A program made the translations under genes and the position numbers. DNA of 64,000 nt. It comes from Octopus sinensis (Eukaryota). The notes under the pieces are model-generated. The model was given only the letters and a program-made list of their open reading frames with translations, was not told the DNA's origin and did no database searches. Of the stretch, positions 12,230-24,904 are shown piece after piece; position 1 is the stretch's first letter, and each line of letters opens with the position of its first letter. Location of the stretch: the NCBI RefSeq assembly GCF_006345805.1, contig NC_043006.1:67270001-67334000 (forward strand), read 5' to 3'.

Positions 12230-14375
12230 TGCTACAAATGTGTCCCAGAGAGAAAGGCCACTGTACACAAGAGCAAAATCCCCAGAGAGAGGAAAATTCT
12301 AATGAGACGGCGTACAAAAGTTTCAAATCGCCTAAACAAGCAAATTGAAAGCAGTGAAAAGTCCCGCCTGAAAATAAAACTGTTGGAAATTGAAAAATGT
12401 CTGCAATTCTCCCATGAAAAAGAAAGAGCAGACAAAGAAGCCTGGGCTATAGACAACATAAAATCTAACCCCAGAGCTTTCTACAGGTATGCCAAAGAAA
12501 CAACTACGGTGCACTGTAGGATAGGGCCACTCCTTGAAAAGGATGGCACACTCACAGGAAATCCAATGAGTGTAAGTGAAATACTAAATGAGCAATTCAA
12601 GAGTATTTTCACGCCACCCCTAGGGCATACATTTTCAAGCCAGCAATCCAACTGACTTCTTTACCACTGCAGATATAAAATCGGAGGCAGCAATGATCGA
12701 TTACATCAATATAAAGGAAGACGATGTAATAAAGGCTATTGATGAAATGAAAACAAACTCAGCTACTGGCCCAGATGGATTCCCAGCAATCCTTCTAAAA
12801 GTATGTAAGAGAGTCCTAGCAAGATAAATGCAGTTCCTCTTTCAGGGCTTCCTTACAGCTGGCAAACTTCCAAGAAAACTGAAGGAAGGTAAAATATGCC
12901 CTATTCATAAAGGAGGTAGCAGAACGGAGGCCAAGAACTACAGACCTATCTATCTGACCTCACACATCAGCCAGGTCATGGAACGAATAGTCAGAAGGAA
13001 ACTAATCACCTTCCTCGAAGAAAATGACTTGCTGCCTGACACCCAACATGGTTTCCGACTAGGAAGAAGCTGCTTAACTCAGCTCCTACAACACTATGAC
13101 TGGGTGCTGAAGTGACTGCTCAACCACTCGAATGTGGAAGTCATATATTTCGACTTTGCAAAGGCCTTTGATAAAGTCGATCATGGAATGCTATGTCACA
13201 AACTGCGTGATCTTGGCATAGTTGGAAAATTGGGAGAGTGGCTTCATGACTTTCTGAAGGATAGAAGTCAGGTGGTAGTAGCCAATGGGGCCACTTCCAC
13301 TAACACGCAAATATTGAGCGGTGTTCCGCAGGGCACTGTTTTGGGACCACTACTATTCAAAATGTCCCTCTCAGCCACGCAGAGAGCCACGATCACAAGT
13401 TATGCAGATGATACAAAAGTTTCACAGGCAATACAGAACCCTGAAGACACTAAGCACCTGCAATTTGAGCTGGACAAAATACACAAGTGGGCTGAAAAGA
13501 ATAGCATGCAGTTCAATTCTGAAAAGTTTCAAGCTCTATGCTATCAGCACGCAAAACTAAAGGCAATACCCAATAAATACACTGGACCTGAGGGACTGCA
13601 ATCCCAGAGGCACAATCAGTGCGAGACCTGGGTATTTACATGAGTGATGATGCAACCTTTCATGTGCATGTTGCTAAATTGGCAATGAAATGTAGGCGGC
13701 TGACCGGATGGATTCTTAGAACCTTCAGGACAAGAGACCAGGAAACCATGATGGTCCTCTGGAGGACACTTGTCCTAAGCCACTTTGACAATTGCTCTCA
13801 GCTATGGTCACCATCCAGTGTCAAGTCAATCACAGAACCTGAGGCGATCCAACGAAGCTACACGAAGAAGATAGCCTCTGTGCAGCATATAAGCTATTGG
13901 GAAAGACTCAAGACATTGAGACTCTATTCCTTAGAGAGTAGGCGAGAAAGATATGCTATAATATACATCTGGAAGATCCTAGAAGGACTTGTCCCAAACT
14001 TTGGCATCGAAAGTTACACTAATGCCAGAACTGGGCTCCACTGCATAGTGCCAAGGACTCCAAATTTGCCATCAAGATGTAGGACAAGATACTGTGATAA
14101 CCTGGGCTTCCGAGGCCCACAGCTCTTCAATATCCTCCCGAAGAACCTAAGAGACCTGCATGGGGTGGATGCAGATGTCTTTAAAATGAAACTGGATCTC
14201 TTCTTGTCAGGTATCCCAGATGAACCAACTTCACGGCAGGAGGTGCAGATTAGGGCAGCTGCATCGAACTCTCTCATGCACCAAATGGCAATTGCTAAAA
14301 AGCATTCGTTAAGTAAAATCATGTAGCAACACCAATGGCGGTGCCCCAGCATGGCCACAGCTTCTGAGCTGAAAA
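12230..14375 (+). mobile_element. 5'-truncated CR1/L2-like non-LTR retrotransposon with disrupted RT ORF
   Basis: ORF pieces 12302-12655, 12828-13115, 13134-13643 and 13619-14326 carry KNYRPIYLTS, QHGFRLGRSC, YFDFAKAFDKVDH, SGVPQGTVLGPLLF and YADD; 3' stem-loop followed by (TA)n. Confidence 0.92.
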
Positions 14376-14689
14376 AGATAAATGATATATATATATATAT
14401 ATATATAGATATATATATATATATATATATATATAGATATATATATATATATGCATATATTGTGTATATGTATATACATATGCTATTTTTAATTTTAAAA
14501 ATGAGGAAAATAACAGAGTATAGAAGCTAACATATTTAGAATGTAGGTAGTATGCTTTTCTATTCTCAATATAAACCTTACAAATCTACTACTGTTTCTT
14601 CAAAGAATGTTGCGTGACATGAACAGCTTGTACAGTCGCGCGCGCTTGTGAGAATGAATGTGCATAAAAGTACTGTTTCATATTTCTTG

Positions 14690-15112
14690 ATTGCCCACAA
14701 GGGGCTAAACATAGAGGGGGGGCAAACAAGGACAGACAAACGGATTAAGTCGATTACATCGGCCCCAATGCGTAACTGGTAATTATTTCATCGACCCCAA
14801 AAGGATGAAAGGCAAAGTTGACCTCGGCGGAATTTGAACTCAAAACGTAGCCGCAGACGAAATACCGCTAAGCATTTCGCCCGGCGTGCTAACGTTTCTT
14901 ATTTCTTTACTGCCCACAAGGGGCTAAACACAGAAGGGACAAACAAGGACAGACAAATGGATTAAGTCGATTATATCGATCCCAGTGTGTAACTGGTACT
15001 TGTTTAATCGACCCCGAAAGGATGAAAGGCAAAGTCGACCTCGGCGGAATTTGAACTCAGAATGTAGCGGCAGACGAAATATTGCTGGGCTAACGTTTCT
15101 GCCAGCTCGCCA
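14690..15112 (-). mobile_element. Two tandem SINE copies
   Basis: Repeated unit tttctt..gcccacaaggggctaaaca..gacaaacaaggacagac..cgacccc.aaaggatgaaaggcaaagt.gacctcggcggaatttgaactc. Confidence 0.9.
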
Positions 15113-15484
15113 CCATGTATAAATCTACTGTTTCTTTACCTCCGTCATGAAATCTTTGTCAGATTTATCCTTCTGTTGTAGTTATATCTCTACATGTGTG
15201 CATATAGGAATGCGTGTATGAGTCATGGACAGACAATTCTGTGTATGTGGACTTGTGTGTGAATGTTATATGGACACATATGTCATTTATTTGGCGTCCG
15301 TCAACAATATAACTCCTTTCAAAATCCTCTTAAACACAGCTTATCAATTTCAATCTTCATCCGTTACCTTAAATTTTGTTATGTTAACTCTCCATGTATA
15401 TTTCTCTCTATAAAATGCAAAGCATGACCTCAGTGTTCAAACTACCAAATAGACTACGAGCATTTATATCTACTACTATTATAT

Positions 15485-15802
15485 GGTACTCCGTCGGATA
15501 CAACGACGAGGGTTCCAGTTGATACGATCACCGGAACAGCCTGCTCATGATATTAACGTGCATGTGATTCAGCACGTTACAGACACGTGAACGTTTAACG
15601 TAGTTCTCAGGGATATTCAACATGACGGATTTTGAAAATGATGGCTCTTTCGAATACAGGTAATACTCATATTTGCCAGCTGACTGGACTGGAGCAACGT
15701 GAGATAGTGTCTTGCTCAAGGACGAAACGCATCGCCGGGAATGGAACTCACGACCTGACGATAGCCAGCCGAATGCTCTAACCACTAAGTCACGTGCCTT
15801 CA
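15485..15802 (-). mobile_element. tRNA-derived SINE with CORE-like gtccttgagcaagacact block
   Basis: Head reverse complement at 15745-15802; tail actccgtcgg.tac.acgacgagggttcca shared with 6877-6960. Confidence 0.8.
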
Positions 15803-15825
15803 CTACTATTATATAGAGATATATA

Positions 15826-16660
15826 TATTTCTTTATTGCCCACAAGGGGCTAAACATAGAGGGGACAAACAAGGACAGACAAAGGGATTAAGTCGATTAC
15901 ATCGACCCCAGTGCGTAACTGGTACTTTATTTATCGACCCCGAAGGAATGAAAGGCAAAGTCGACCTCGGCGGAATTTGAACTCACAACGTAACGACAGA
16001 CGAAATACGGCTACGCATTTCGCCCGGCGTGCTAACGTTTCTGCCAGCTCGCCGCCTTCTTATATAGAGATATATACACATATTCCTTTCTACTCTAGGT
16101 ACAAAGCCTGAAATTTTGGTGAGTGGGCCAGTCGATTAGATCGACCACAGTATGCAACTGGTACTTAATTTATCGACCCCAAAAGGATGAAAGGCAAAGT
16201 TGACCTCGGCGGAATTTGAACTCATAACGTAAAGTCGGAAGAAATACCTATTTCTTTACTAACCACAAGGGGCCAAATACAGAGAGGACAAACAAGGACA
16301 GACACACGGATTAAGTCGATTATAGCGATCCCAGTGCGTAACTGGTACTTAATTTATCGACCCCAAAAAGAAAGGCAAAGCTGACCTCGGAGGAATTTGA
16401 ACTAAGAACGTAACGACAGACGAAATACCTATTTCTTTACTACACAAAAGGGGCTACACACAGAGGGGACAAACAAGGGCAGACAAACGGATTAAGTCGA
16501 TTATATCGACTCCAGTGTGTAACTGGTACTTATTTAATAGACGCCGAAAGGATGAAAGGCAAAGTCGACCTCGGCGGAATTTGAACTCAGAACATAACGG
16601 CAGACGAAATACGGTTACGCATTTCGCTCGGCGTGCTAACGTTTCTGCCAGCTCGCCGAC
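15826..16660 (-). mobile_element. Head-to-tail array of four SINE units
   Basis: Four repeats of the aaaggcaaag..gacctcgg.ggaatttgaact unit; two internal junctions read gaaatacctatttcttta. Confidence 0.9.
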
Positions 16661-17064
16661 TTAGATATATATATAATATTTTAACGTATCATATTATAAC
16701 ATATATAAGCACGTATTCGTTTGAAGAAGTTTGCGTGAACGCCCATCTCTGTTGTTCCTTTTGTCTGTAGCTATTGCCTCATATCTGCACCAAATCTAGC
16801 CCTCTACCTGTTTCAAAATTAGGAATCTGTCTTCCTTTCACCCTCGTCGTCTCTCAGTTTCCCTTTTGCTATTTTTGTCCCATGAATGCATGCTCCTGCT
16901 ATTGATTTTGTATCATCACGTTTTAATTAAAGTAAGAAACAAAAAGAAAATTACCGCAGCTTCGTGTACTCCTACATGCATATGTAATGCATACGTATAT
17001 GGGCATATATTATGTGTATGTATATTTTGCGTATATATATATATATATATATGTGTGGTGTGCG

Positions 17065-17094
<30 letters not shown>

Positions 17095-17095
<1 letters not shown>

Positions 17096-18023
17096 GAATA
17101 TTAGATAGTTATACTATGGGATATATATGCTAAAAATAGCTCCGAAGCAACCACAGAAGATCTGTTTCCAACTAGAATCAAATACATTTAACGGAAAAGT
17201 GCATAACAACGAATAAAATAGATTGACCCAATTGGTTCTACTAATGTAATATGAGTTTACTTACACTTACATCTATAAATCTGCGGTAGAGTTTGTCAGA
17301 ATGCAATTATTAGATCGATTCGAGCGTCAAAAACACGACGGTCAACCAATTACATTTGTTATGTATCCAAATTCCGCGCCAAAAAGCATGCCTAGACTCA
17401 TTGGACCGTATGCCGCATCAAATAAAATATATGCCGCGTAGTTAATTTATAATATATAAATGAGGGTGAAAAAATCGATATTATTTAATAATACCATTAA
17501 TTTAATATAGGGCTTAGCACAAAAAAACTACGGAGAAAATACAAATTATACAAATATATAGAGTTATCCACTATGTGGATAAACTAGTGCTAAAAATAGC
17601 TCGAAGCAACCACAGAAGTGTTCAACTAGAATCAACATACATTTAAGGAAAGGAAGTGAAATACAACGAATAAAATAGATTGAATCTATACATTGTTTCA
17701 TACTAATGTAATATGTGTTTTACTTACGTTAATCGATTTCCCCTCATTTATAATTTATAAATTAACTACGCGGCAGTCAATATTTTATTTGATGGGCATA
17801 CGTTTTCCAGGGTCTAGGATGCTTGCTGGCGGAGCGGAATTTGAGACATAACCTAAAATGTAATGGTTGACCGCTCGTGTTTTTGACGCTCGAATCGATC
17901 TATTTAATTGCATTTCTGACAACTCTACCGAGATTTATAGATGTAAGTGAAGTAAAACTACAATATTACATTAGTAATGAAACAATTGTATAGAGGTCAA
18001 TCTATTTTATTCGTTGTATTCAC
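17095..18023. repeat. Direct plus inverted triplication with indel-dominated divergence
   Basis: 17206-17478 is inverted at 17733-18017, and ~17130-17260 is repeated directly at ~17580-17725. Confidence 0.8.
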
Positions 18024-18480
18024 GTTAGCACGCCGGGTGAAATTTCGTCTGCCGTTACGTTGTGAGTTCAAATTCCGCCGAGGTCGACTTTGCCTTTCAT
18101 CCTTTCGGGGTCGATAAATTAAGTACCAGTTACGCACTGAGGTCGATGTAATTGACTTAATTCCTTTGTCTGTCCTTGTTTGTTCCCTCTCTGTTCAGCC
18201 CCTTGTGGGCAATAAAGAAATAAGGAATTTGAACTCAGAACATATAGACAGACGAAATACCTATTTCTTTATTACCCACAAGGGGCTAAACACAGAGGGG
18301 ACAAACAAGGACAGACATAGGTATTAAGTTGATTACATCGACCCCAGTGCGTAGCTTGTACTTAATTTATCGACCCCGAAAGGATGAAAGGTAAAGTCGA
18401 CCTCGGCGGAATTTGAACTCAGAACGTAACGGTAGACGAAATACCGCTCAACATTCCGCCCAATGTGCCAACGATTATGT
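18024..18480. mobile_element. SINE copies in opposite orientations
   Basis: Plus copy 18024-18222 (gttagcacgccgggtgaaat..gggcaataaagaaat), followed by minus-strand copies to ~18480. Confidence 0.88.
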
Positions 18481-18920
18481 CTCCTCGTCGTCTTATTATA
18501 CATATTAATCATTAAAAAGAAAAAAAATCCAATTCATTAGCAGAATATTAATTTAATACATTCAATTCAGTGTATACATTCAATAAATTTCTGCAATATT
18601 GGTGTTAGACAGGGACAATAAATACTTTCATTCAAGTTCAATATAGATACGAGAGTGTGGGACTGTTAATTATTTGTGACACCAGTTCAGATTTATAGAT
18701 TCGTAGAATATAGTAGAAATGTAGAAAGAATTTAACTGCTTTTCTTAAGTATCATCTCAGAGCGAAAGTGTGTTATATTATATGGCGTGCCTGTCTAATG
18801 ACTGAACTAATTATAAGAGACATATAATTTCAGGTGAATACATAATGCAGTAGTAACGAACATATGAGCTGTAAGTGTGTATATGCGTGCGCGCACAAGC
18901 AGAGATATATGAATGTATGT

Positions 18921-18956
<36 letters not shown>

Positions 18957-19010
18957 CACACAAACACACACACACACACACACACCAATATACATATATA
19001 TATTATATAT

Positions 19011-19046
<36 letters not shown>

Positions 19047-19381
19047 CTGTGTTGTATATATGTTGATGTATGTCTTTTAGCGTTTGCTTTTCAGTTTACA
19101 TAGCAACAACACTACAAATTTAATATATACATATATATACATGAATATATACAGACCGACAGTCAGACAGACAGACAGACAGACAGACTGACAGACAGCT
19201 AGATAGATAGATAGATACATACATACATACATACATACATACATACATACATAGACATTCATGTATTTATATGTGCATGTGTGTGAGCGCACACGTGCAT
19301 AGATAATTAGATAATTATATATAATTACATTATCTGTAAGAATTTTCAAATGTTTAATATGGATGTCCACACACAAACACA

Positions 19382-19468
<87 letters not shown>

Positions 19469-19561
19469 TATATAGTTATGTTTATATATATATGTATATA
19501 TATATATATGTATAAATATATATATATGTATATATATATATATGTATAAATATATATATAT

Positions 19562-19750
19562 GTATCACGTAAAAAGCACCCACTACACTCACGGAGTGGT
19601 TGGCGTTAGGAAGGGCATCCAGCTGTAGAAACATTGCCAGATAAGACTGGAGCCTGGTGCAGCCTTCTGGCTTCCCAGATCCCCGGTCGAACCGTCCAAC
19701 CCATGCTAGCATGGAGAACGGACGTTAAAGGATGATGATGATGATGATGA
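19562..19750 (+). mobile_element. SINE/RTE-type 3' tail ending in (GAT)n
   Basis: ggttggcgttaggaagggcatccagctgtagaaac..gaaccgtccaacccatgctagcatgga..cggacgttaaaggatgatgatg; family assignment from memory. Confidence 0.65.
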
Positions 19751-20085
19751 TATATATATATATATATTGAGACGAACAGAGAAAGAGAGGCAGACTGGCA
19801 GACAGACGGAAACAGAGAGGTAGTGACAGACAGGCAGACAGAAAAACAGACAGACCTTGAAATGCAACTCAACACATTTCGTTGCAATTGCGTGTATTGA
19901 ATAACAGTTCCACTCGACTCTGCATTACTCGGACATAGTTTCTTGGACATAGAGCTCGTCCAATTCATTGACGGAGAGGCGTGTTCGGAGACAAACGGGG
20001 TTGTATTTCTCTATGCTTACATGTGTGTATGTGTGAGTATGTGTACGTGTGTGTATATGCGTGAGTATACACATATACATATATA

Positions 20086-21701
20086 CAGTTGCGGCCAAAA
20101 TGTTCAGAACGGCATTGTTTTCGTCAGAAATGTAGGTATAAGTTTTATCAAAGTAGTTTTATATTCTATAATTTTCACAGACAATAAATACAATATTAAT
20201 TGTTATTGTCTGAGTTTTGGTGTAATTTGAGAGGATAATACAAAAGTTATGGATGATTTTGTGATTTTCTGCAAAACCCATGGCGGCTAAAATGATCAGA
20301 ACGGTTGAAAAAATAATCAAAAATGACAGAGAATACTGGAATTATTTAATATTTAGTGTGAAGCCCTTTAGCTTCAATCACACTCTGACATCTTCGACTG
20401 CATGAGGAAATTAAATTTTCAATTTCTTGCTGGGTGATCTTATTCCATTCTTCCTGAAGAGCATTCCATAATTGCTCAGTTGTTCTAGGATTTCTGGCTT
20501 TCGAACGTTCTCCTAGAATATTCCACACATTTTCAATAGGATTGAGATCTGGGCTTTGAGCAGGCCAATCCATAACAATAACCTTTTCAGCCTTGTGGAA
20601 GTTCATGACCACCATAGCCTTGAGACATGGAACATTGTCCTGCATGAATATGGGTGGTCGCTTAGTTGAATTTCTCAGCACAGGCAAGACATGATCTTTT
20701 AGAAGTTGTTTATAATCTCCAGCATTTACCTTTTCATGTAATCGCACCAAAGGGCCCACACCATCTCCAGATATCATCCCCTAAATCATGACACTTCCTC
20801 CACCGAATTTAACACTAGTCTTAAGGCATTTAGGCGACAATTTTTCACCTGCTTTTCGATGAACGTACCTTTACCCATCTGAGCCAAATAGCATAAACTT
20901 TGATTCATCACTGAAATGCACCGTTTGCCAATTTTTCTTGAGACCACAACACATGTTCGGTTGCAAAAGTAAGACGACACTTTTTATTCTTGGAGCTGAT
21001 CAGTGGCTTCACTGCAGGTGCTCTTGCTTGTAGGTCATGTTCAACTAAACGACGAGACACAGTTTTTCGAGATAAAGTTTTCTTCAATACAATGCTCATT
21101 TTCAAGAAACAGCAGCAGCAGCAGTTTAAATCTGTCCTTTTTAACCAACTTTACCATAGCACGATCTCCTCTCTTGGTCGTTTTTTCTTGGCTACCTGTA
21201 AGCTTTCTTGCTTACACACGAACCACAATCATCGTAGACCTTAGAATACCGTGAACAACATTTTGACTATTAACAATCTTTGCAATAGATCCAATACTTA
21301 AATTATCCTTCCTTCGAAGCTTAATAATCTGCTGACGAATTGGTAACGGAGTAAGTGGCATCATATTAACAAAGTGCACTGCAAATATTCTTACTAATGT
21401 TTAGTAAACGAACCGTCACGTAACAAATTCAAAACATTAGAGTTCGCCGGTTAAATTACCAAAACACGGAGTAAAAGCAACCGTTCTGATCATTTTGGCC
21501 GCCATGGGTTTTGCAGTAAATGACTAAATAATCTATACTTTTTTGTATTATCCTCTCAAAATACACCAAAACCTCAGGCAATAACAAATGATATCGTATT
21601 TATTGTCTGTGAAAATTATAGAATGTAAAACAACTTTGATAAAAAATCATATCTACTTTTCTGACGAAAACAATGCGTTCTGAACATTTTGGCCGCAACT
21701 G
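20086..21701 (-). mobile_element. Tc1-family DNA transposon, IR/DR type, 1616 bp, TA target duplication
   Basis: TA|cagttgcggccaaaatgttcagaac ... gttctgaacattttggccgcaactg|TA; ~222-bp TIRs, each with an inner repeat (20281-20304; 21481-21504). Confidence 0.95.
20346..21364 (-). pseudogene. Frameshifted Tc1 transposase (DD34E)
   Basis: MMPLTPLPIRQQIIKL.., HFSDESKF, FMQDN, WPAQSPDLNPIENVW; 34 residues between the second D and the E. Confidence 0.92.
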
Positions 21702-21848
21702 TATATGCATATATATATATATATTATATATATTATATATAATATATATATTATATAACATTATATAGATAATATACTTATATATATATAGATATATATA
21801 TAGATACATACTATAGTATATATTATTGTTAGATATAAATATGCATAT

Positions 21849-21880
<32 letters not shown>

Positions 21881-21883
21881 CTA

Positions 21884-21914
<31 letters not shown>

Positions 21915-22614
21915 CAGTACAATTAAAGGTTGCAAACCTCATTCAGGGATACCAAACAAAATCCTATGAAAGTACTGGTTAATTGCTTATACGAAGAGTT
22001 GTGAACATTATATGTAATACTCAACTGCAAGGTAAATATATGCACCTTGGTTTATATATATAGTATCTATTTTAATAATAAGATAGAGAGAATAGCGAGG
22101 AAATTAATATATTATGATTTATTAATTAAAAAATTGGCAAACATCCCTTACAGCTCTTTCAATTTAGACCCTCCGAAAATTAATTAATTAAATTAAAAAT
22201 TATTTGAAAGTCGAATCTCTTCACAAGTAGATAAAGATTAACAAGATAGGTGTTCAATTTCCTCACGTTGAGTAAAAAAAAATACTTAACATAATTGAAT
22301 ATATGTATACAATTATAATTAGAGGCATAGAAAAAAGTCTTGCAAATATGCTGAAAGGAGATGCTAAATGGTCGAACGATATAAAATGTCATCCGACGAT
22401 TTAATGTGATATTTAATGTAGTCCGATGATTTAGCGTCTCCTTTCAGCATATAAGCAAGAAATTTTTTCTATGCCCTTAATCAAAATTTTATCTATGATT
22501 TTACCTTAATGAGTCTATCGTTTTTATGCTGATAGCAATTCTATCATTCTATATTATATATATATGTGTGGGTGTGTATGTATATATGTTTGTACATATA
22601 CACGCTTTTATTCA

Positions 22615-22800
22615 TTTATATCTTTCAGTCATTTGACTGCGGCCATGCTTGAGCACCACATTTAGTCGAACCAATCAACCGCAGGACTTATTCTTTGTAA
22701 GCCTAGTACTTATTTTAGGGGTCTTTTTGCCGAACCGCTAAGTTACGGGGATGTAAACCCATCAGCATCGGTTGTGAAGCGAAGGTGGACGGACAAACAC
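22615..22800 (-). mobile_element. SINE 3' half (CR1-like tail family)
   Basis: tttcagtcatttgactgcggccatgcttgagcacc..ggacttattctttgtaagcctagtacttatt; same family as 30010-30180, 57815-57965 and 61850-62040. Confidence 0.8.
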
Positions 22801-22815
22801 AGACACAATTAACAA

Positions 22816-22871
<56 letters not shown>

Positions 22872-22953
22872 GACGGGCTTCTTTCAGTTTCCATCTACCA
22901 AGGCTTTGGTCGACTCAAGTCTTTTTCCAAAATTTAATTATTTTCCATTCTTA

Positions 22954-22988
22954 CACATGAAAAAGTCTCGATGACTGAAACGATACTG
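22954..22988 (+). ncRNA. Degenerate hammerhead-like motif (A8 family)
   Basis: CAC-ATGAAAA-AGTC(tcgat)GACT-GAAA-CGA-TA-CTG, a decayed homolog of 37517-37560. Confidence 0.5.
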
Positions 22989-23086
22989 AAATGTTTTTTA
23001 TAAATTATTTAACAACCTTGACGTTTTTTTATAATATATATCTTATATATATATTTTTCTATATATATATATATATATATATATAC

Positions 23087-23301
23087 AATTGCCAACCTAG
23101 TGTGGCGTCCCACATGGGACAGTGCTACTGACGTTTATAGAACCAGGAAGACCTCTCTTCCAGTTGGCTAACGAAAAACATTCTCGAGTTTCTGGATGGA
23201 CACAGAATGTGTGTCGTTAGCCAGCTGGAAGATATGTCTACCTGGGGCTATAAACGACAGTACCACAGTCCCGTGTGGTACACCACACTTGGTTGGAAAT
23301 T
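23087..23301. mobile_element. Palindromic MITE (~215 bp, ~90-bp arms), unclassified
   Basis: aattgccaacctagtgtggcgtcccacatgggac..cttccagttggctaacga pairs with cgttagccagctggaag..gtcccgtgtggtacaccacacttggttggaaatt; flanked by (TA)n. Confidence 0.8.
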
Positions 23302-23309
23302 ATATATAT

Positions 23310-23404
<95 letters not shown>

Positions 23405-23406
<2 letters not shown>

Positions 23407-23690
23407 CATACATACTTGTATGGAAAAAACGTCAACGTAGGAAATGCTAAAATAATTTTAGAAAAAACATTTCAGTACCGGTTTCAGTTATTAAGACTTT
23501 TTCAGCTTTAAGTATGGAAAACAATTAAATTTTGGAAAAATTAAAAGTTTTTTTTAAAGAATAATGTTTGCATAGTATTCAAATACAAGGCGCATTTTCC
23601 TTGTTTCTGTCTGTCTCTGTCTCTCTTGTTTATTCTTGTGGGTTCGAGTTCGTTGTGAATTCTTGGTAGGGAAGAAGAAGAAGAAGAGAA
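23405..23690 (-). mobile_element. PLE-type tail homologous to the 36647-37618 palindrome arms
   Basis: Shares aaatgctaaaat.atttta, tttcagtaccggtttc and ttcgag.tcgttgtga.ttcttg with 36680-36905. Confidence 0.7.
23473..23508 (-). ncRNA. Degenerate hammerhead-like motif (C3/A8)
   Basis: AAG-CTGAAAA-AGT(cttaata)ACT-GAAA-CCGG-TA-CTG. Confidence 0.55.
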
Positions 23691-23814
23691 GAAGAAGAAG
23701 AAGATACCGCTATTTTAACCCTAGGAGGACTACCCTATATTCTTAGGTAGCCATAAACATTATAAATACTACTTCCGTTTTATAGAGATATTCTTAACGA
23801 GCTAGTTTGCCTAT

Positions 23815-23849
<35 letters not shown>

Positions 23850-23871
23850 ATATATATATATATTATATATA

Positions 23872-24175
23872 TATCACATGATCACGTGACCGACCAGGCT
23901 ATCAGAAGTTGTTACACATCGCTGGTCACAATGCACTTCGCATTGTTTTAGTCTTCAAATGACGCCACTCCGCTGGCTAAGCGACCAGGCCACCAGAAGA
24001 AAGAGTAAGTGAAAGTTGTGGCGAAAGAGTACAGCAGGGATCGCCACCACCACCCTCTGCCGGAGCCTTGTGGAGTTTTTTAGGTGTTTTCGCTCAGTAA
24101 ACACTCACAACGCCCGGTCTGGGAATCCAAACCGCGAGCCCGCTGCCCTAACCACTGGGCCATTGCGCCTCCACA
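23872..24175 (-). mobile_element. tRNA-derived SINE
   Basis: Head reverse complement cccgctgccctaaccactgggccattgcgcctccac at 24140-24175; its tail recurs on + at ~37950-38012. Confidence 0.85.
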
Positions 24176-24186
24176 TATATATATAT

Positions 24187-24247
<61 letters not shown>

Positions 24248-24339
24248 TTGTGTGTGTGTTTGGGGGTGTATTGATACGTAAGTATATGTATACTTTGTCG
24301 TTTAGTGAGTGGAGATCCCTCACTTAAAAGATAGAAGGA

Positions 24340-24540
24340 TCACATGTGGAAAGCCTTTGTACATACGCTACGCACCTTCCTTCGAAGCACTGCTATAAAT
24401 AGTGGAAGTGAACTACAACGTTAAAACTAAGTGTGCACTCACAGCAGAGTTCAATCTCAATCTGTACTAAGCGGCTACACTTTGCGTGCTTAAGCTTCGT
24501 TACTATGGCAACAGTTCGGATTCTTATTGATCAAAACATC

Positions 24541-24542
<2 letters not shown>
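24340..24542. mobile_element. Solo end of the mariner-derived element
   Basis: Near-identical to 29653-29826 (catacgctacgcaccttccttcgaagcactgct..cagttcggattcttattgatcaaa). Confidence 0.88.
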
Positions 24543-24595
<53 letters not shown>

Positions 24596-24694
24596 GGAGT
24601 AAACACCATAAATGTAAAACAAGGTGGAAAAAGAGTACTCAAATACCAGTGGTAGAGTAATATGCTTTTTTAAGCAGCAGAAAATTCACAAAAT

Positions 24695-24732
24695 CTGTTA
24701 CTCTGAGTTTCTCGTTGCCGTTCATCAGACAG
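24695..24732 (-). ncRNA. Hammerhead ribozyme motif, canonical core
   Basis: Exact reverse complement of 24789-24826. Confidence 0.8.
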
Positions 24733-24788
24733 TTTTTGCTAGAATGGAACCGATATATCAATTGATATCGGTTCCATTCTAGCAAAAA

Positions 24789-24826
24789 CTGTCTGATGAA
24801 CGGCAACGAGAAACTCAGAGTAACAG
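24789..24826 (+). ncRNA. Hammerhead ribozyme motif, canonical core
   Basis: CTGT-CTGATGA-A.CG(GCAA)CG.A-GAAA-CTCAGAG-TA-ACAG: 4-bp helix I, GNRA-capped short helix II, quasi-palindromic helix III. Confidence 0.8.
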
Positions 24827-24859
24827 ATTTTGTTGAATTTTCTGCTGCTTAAAATAAAG

Positions 24860-24904
<45 letters not shown>

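Larger units (their letters stand above)
24593..24860. mobile_element. PLE-type tail with a ~195-bp fold-back palindrome between (TA)n tracts
   Basis: ~24665-24761 and 24762-~24860 are reverse complements centred on gatatcaattgatatc; the minus arm continues to a (TA)n tail at ~24593. Confidence 0.8.

Noticed and set aside
15826-16660. Regularly spaced repeats suggesting a CRISPR array
   Set aside because: Units are ~200-bp SINE bodies without unique spacers, the context is eukaryotic, and there are no cas genes.
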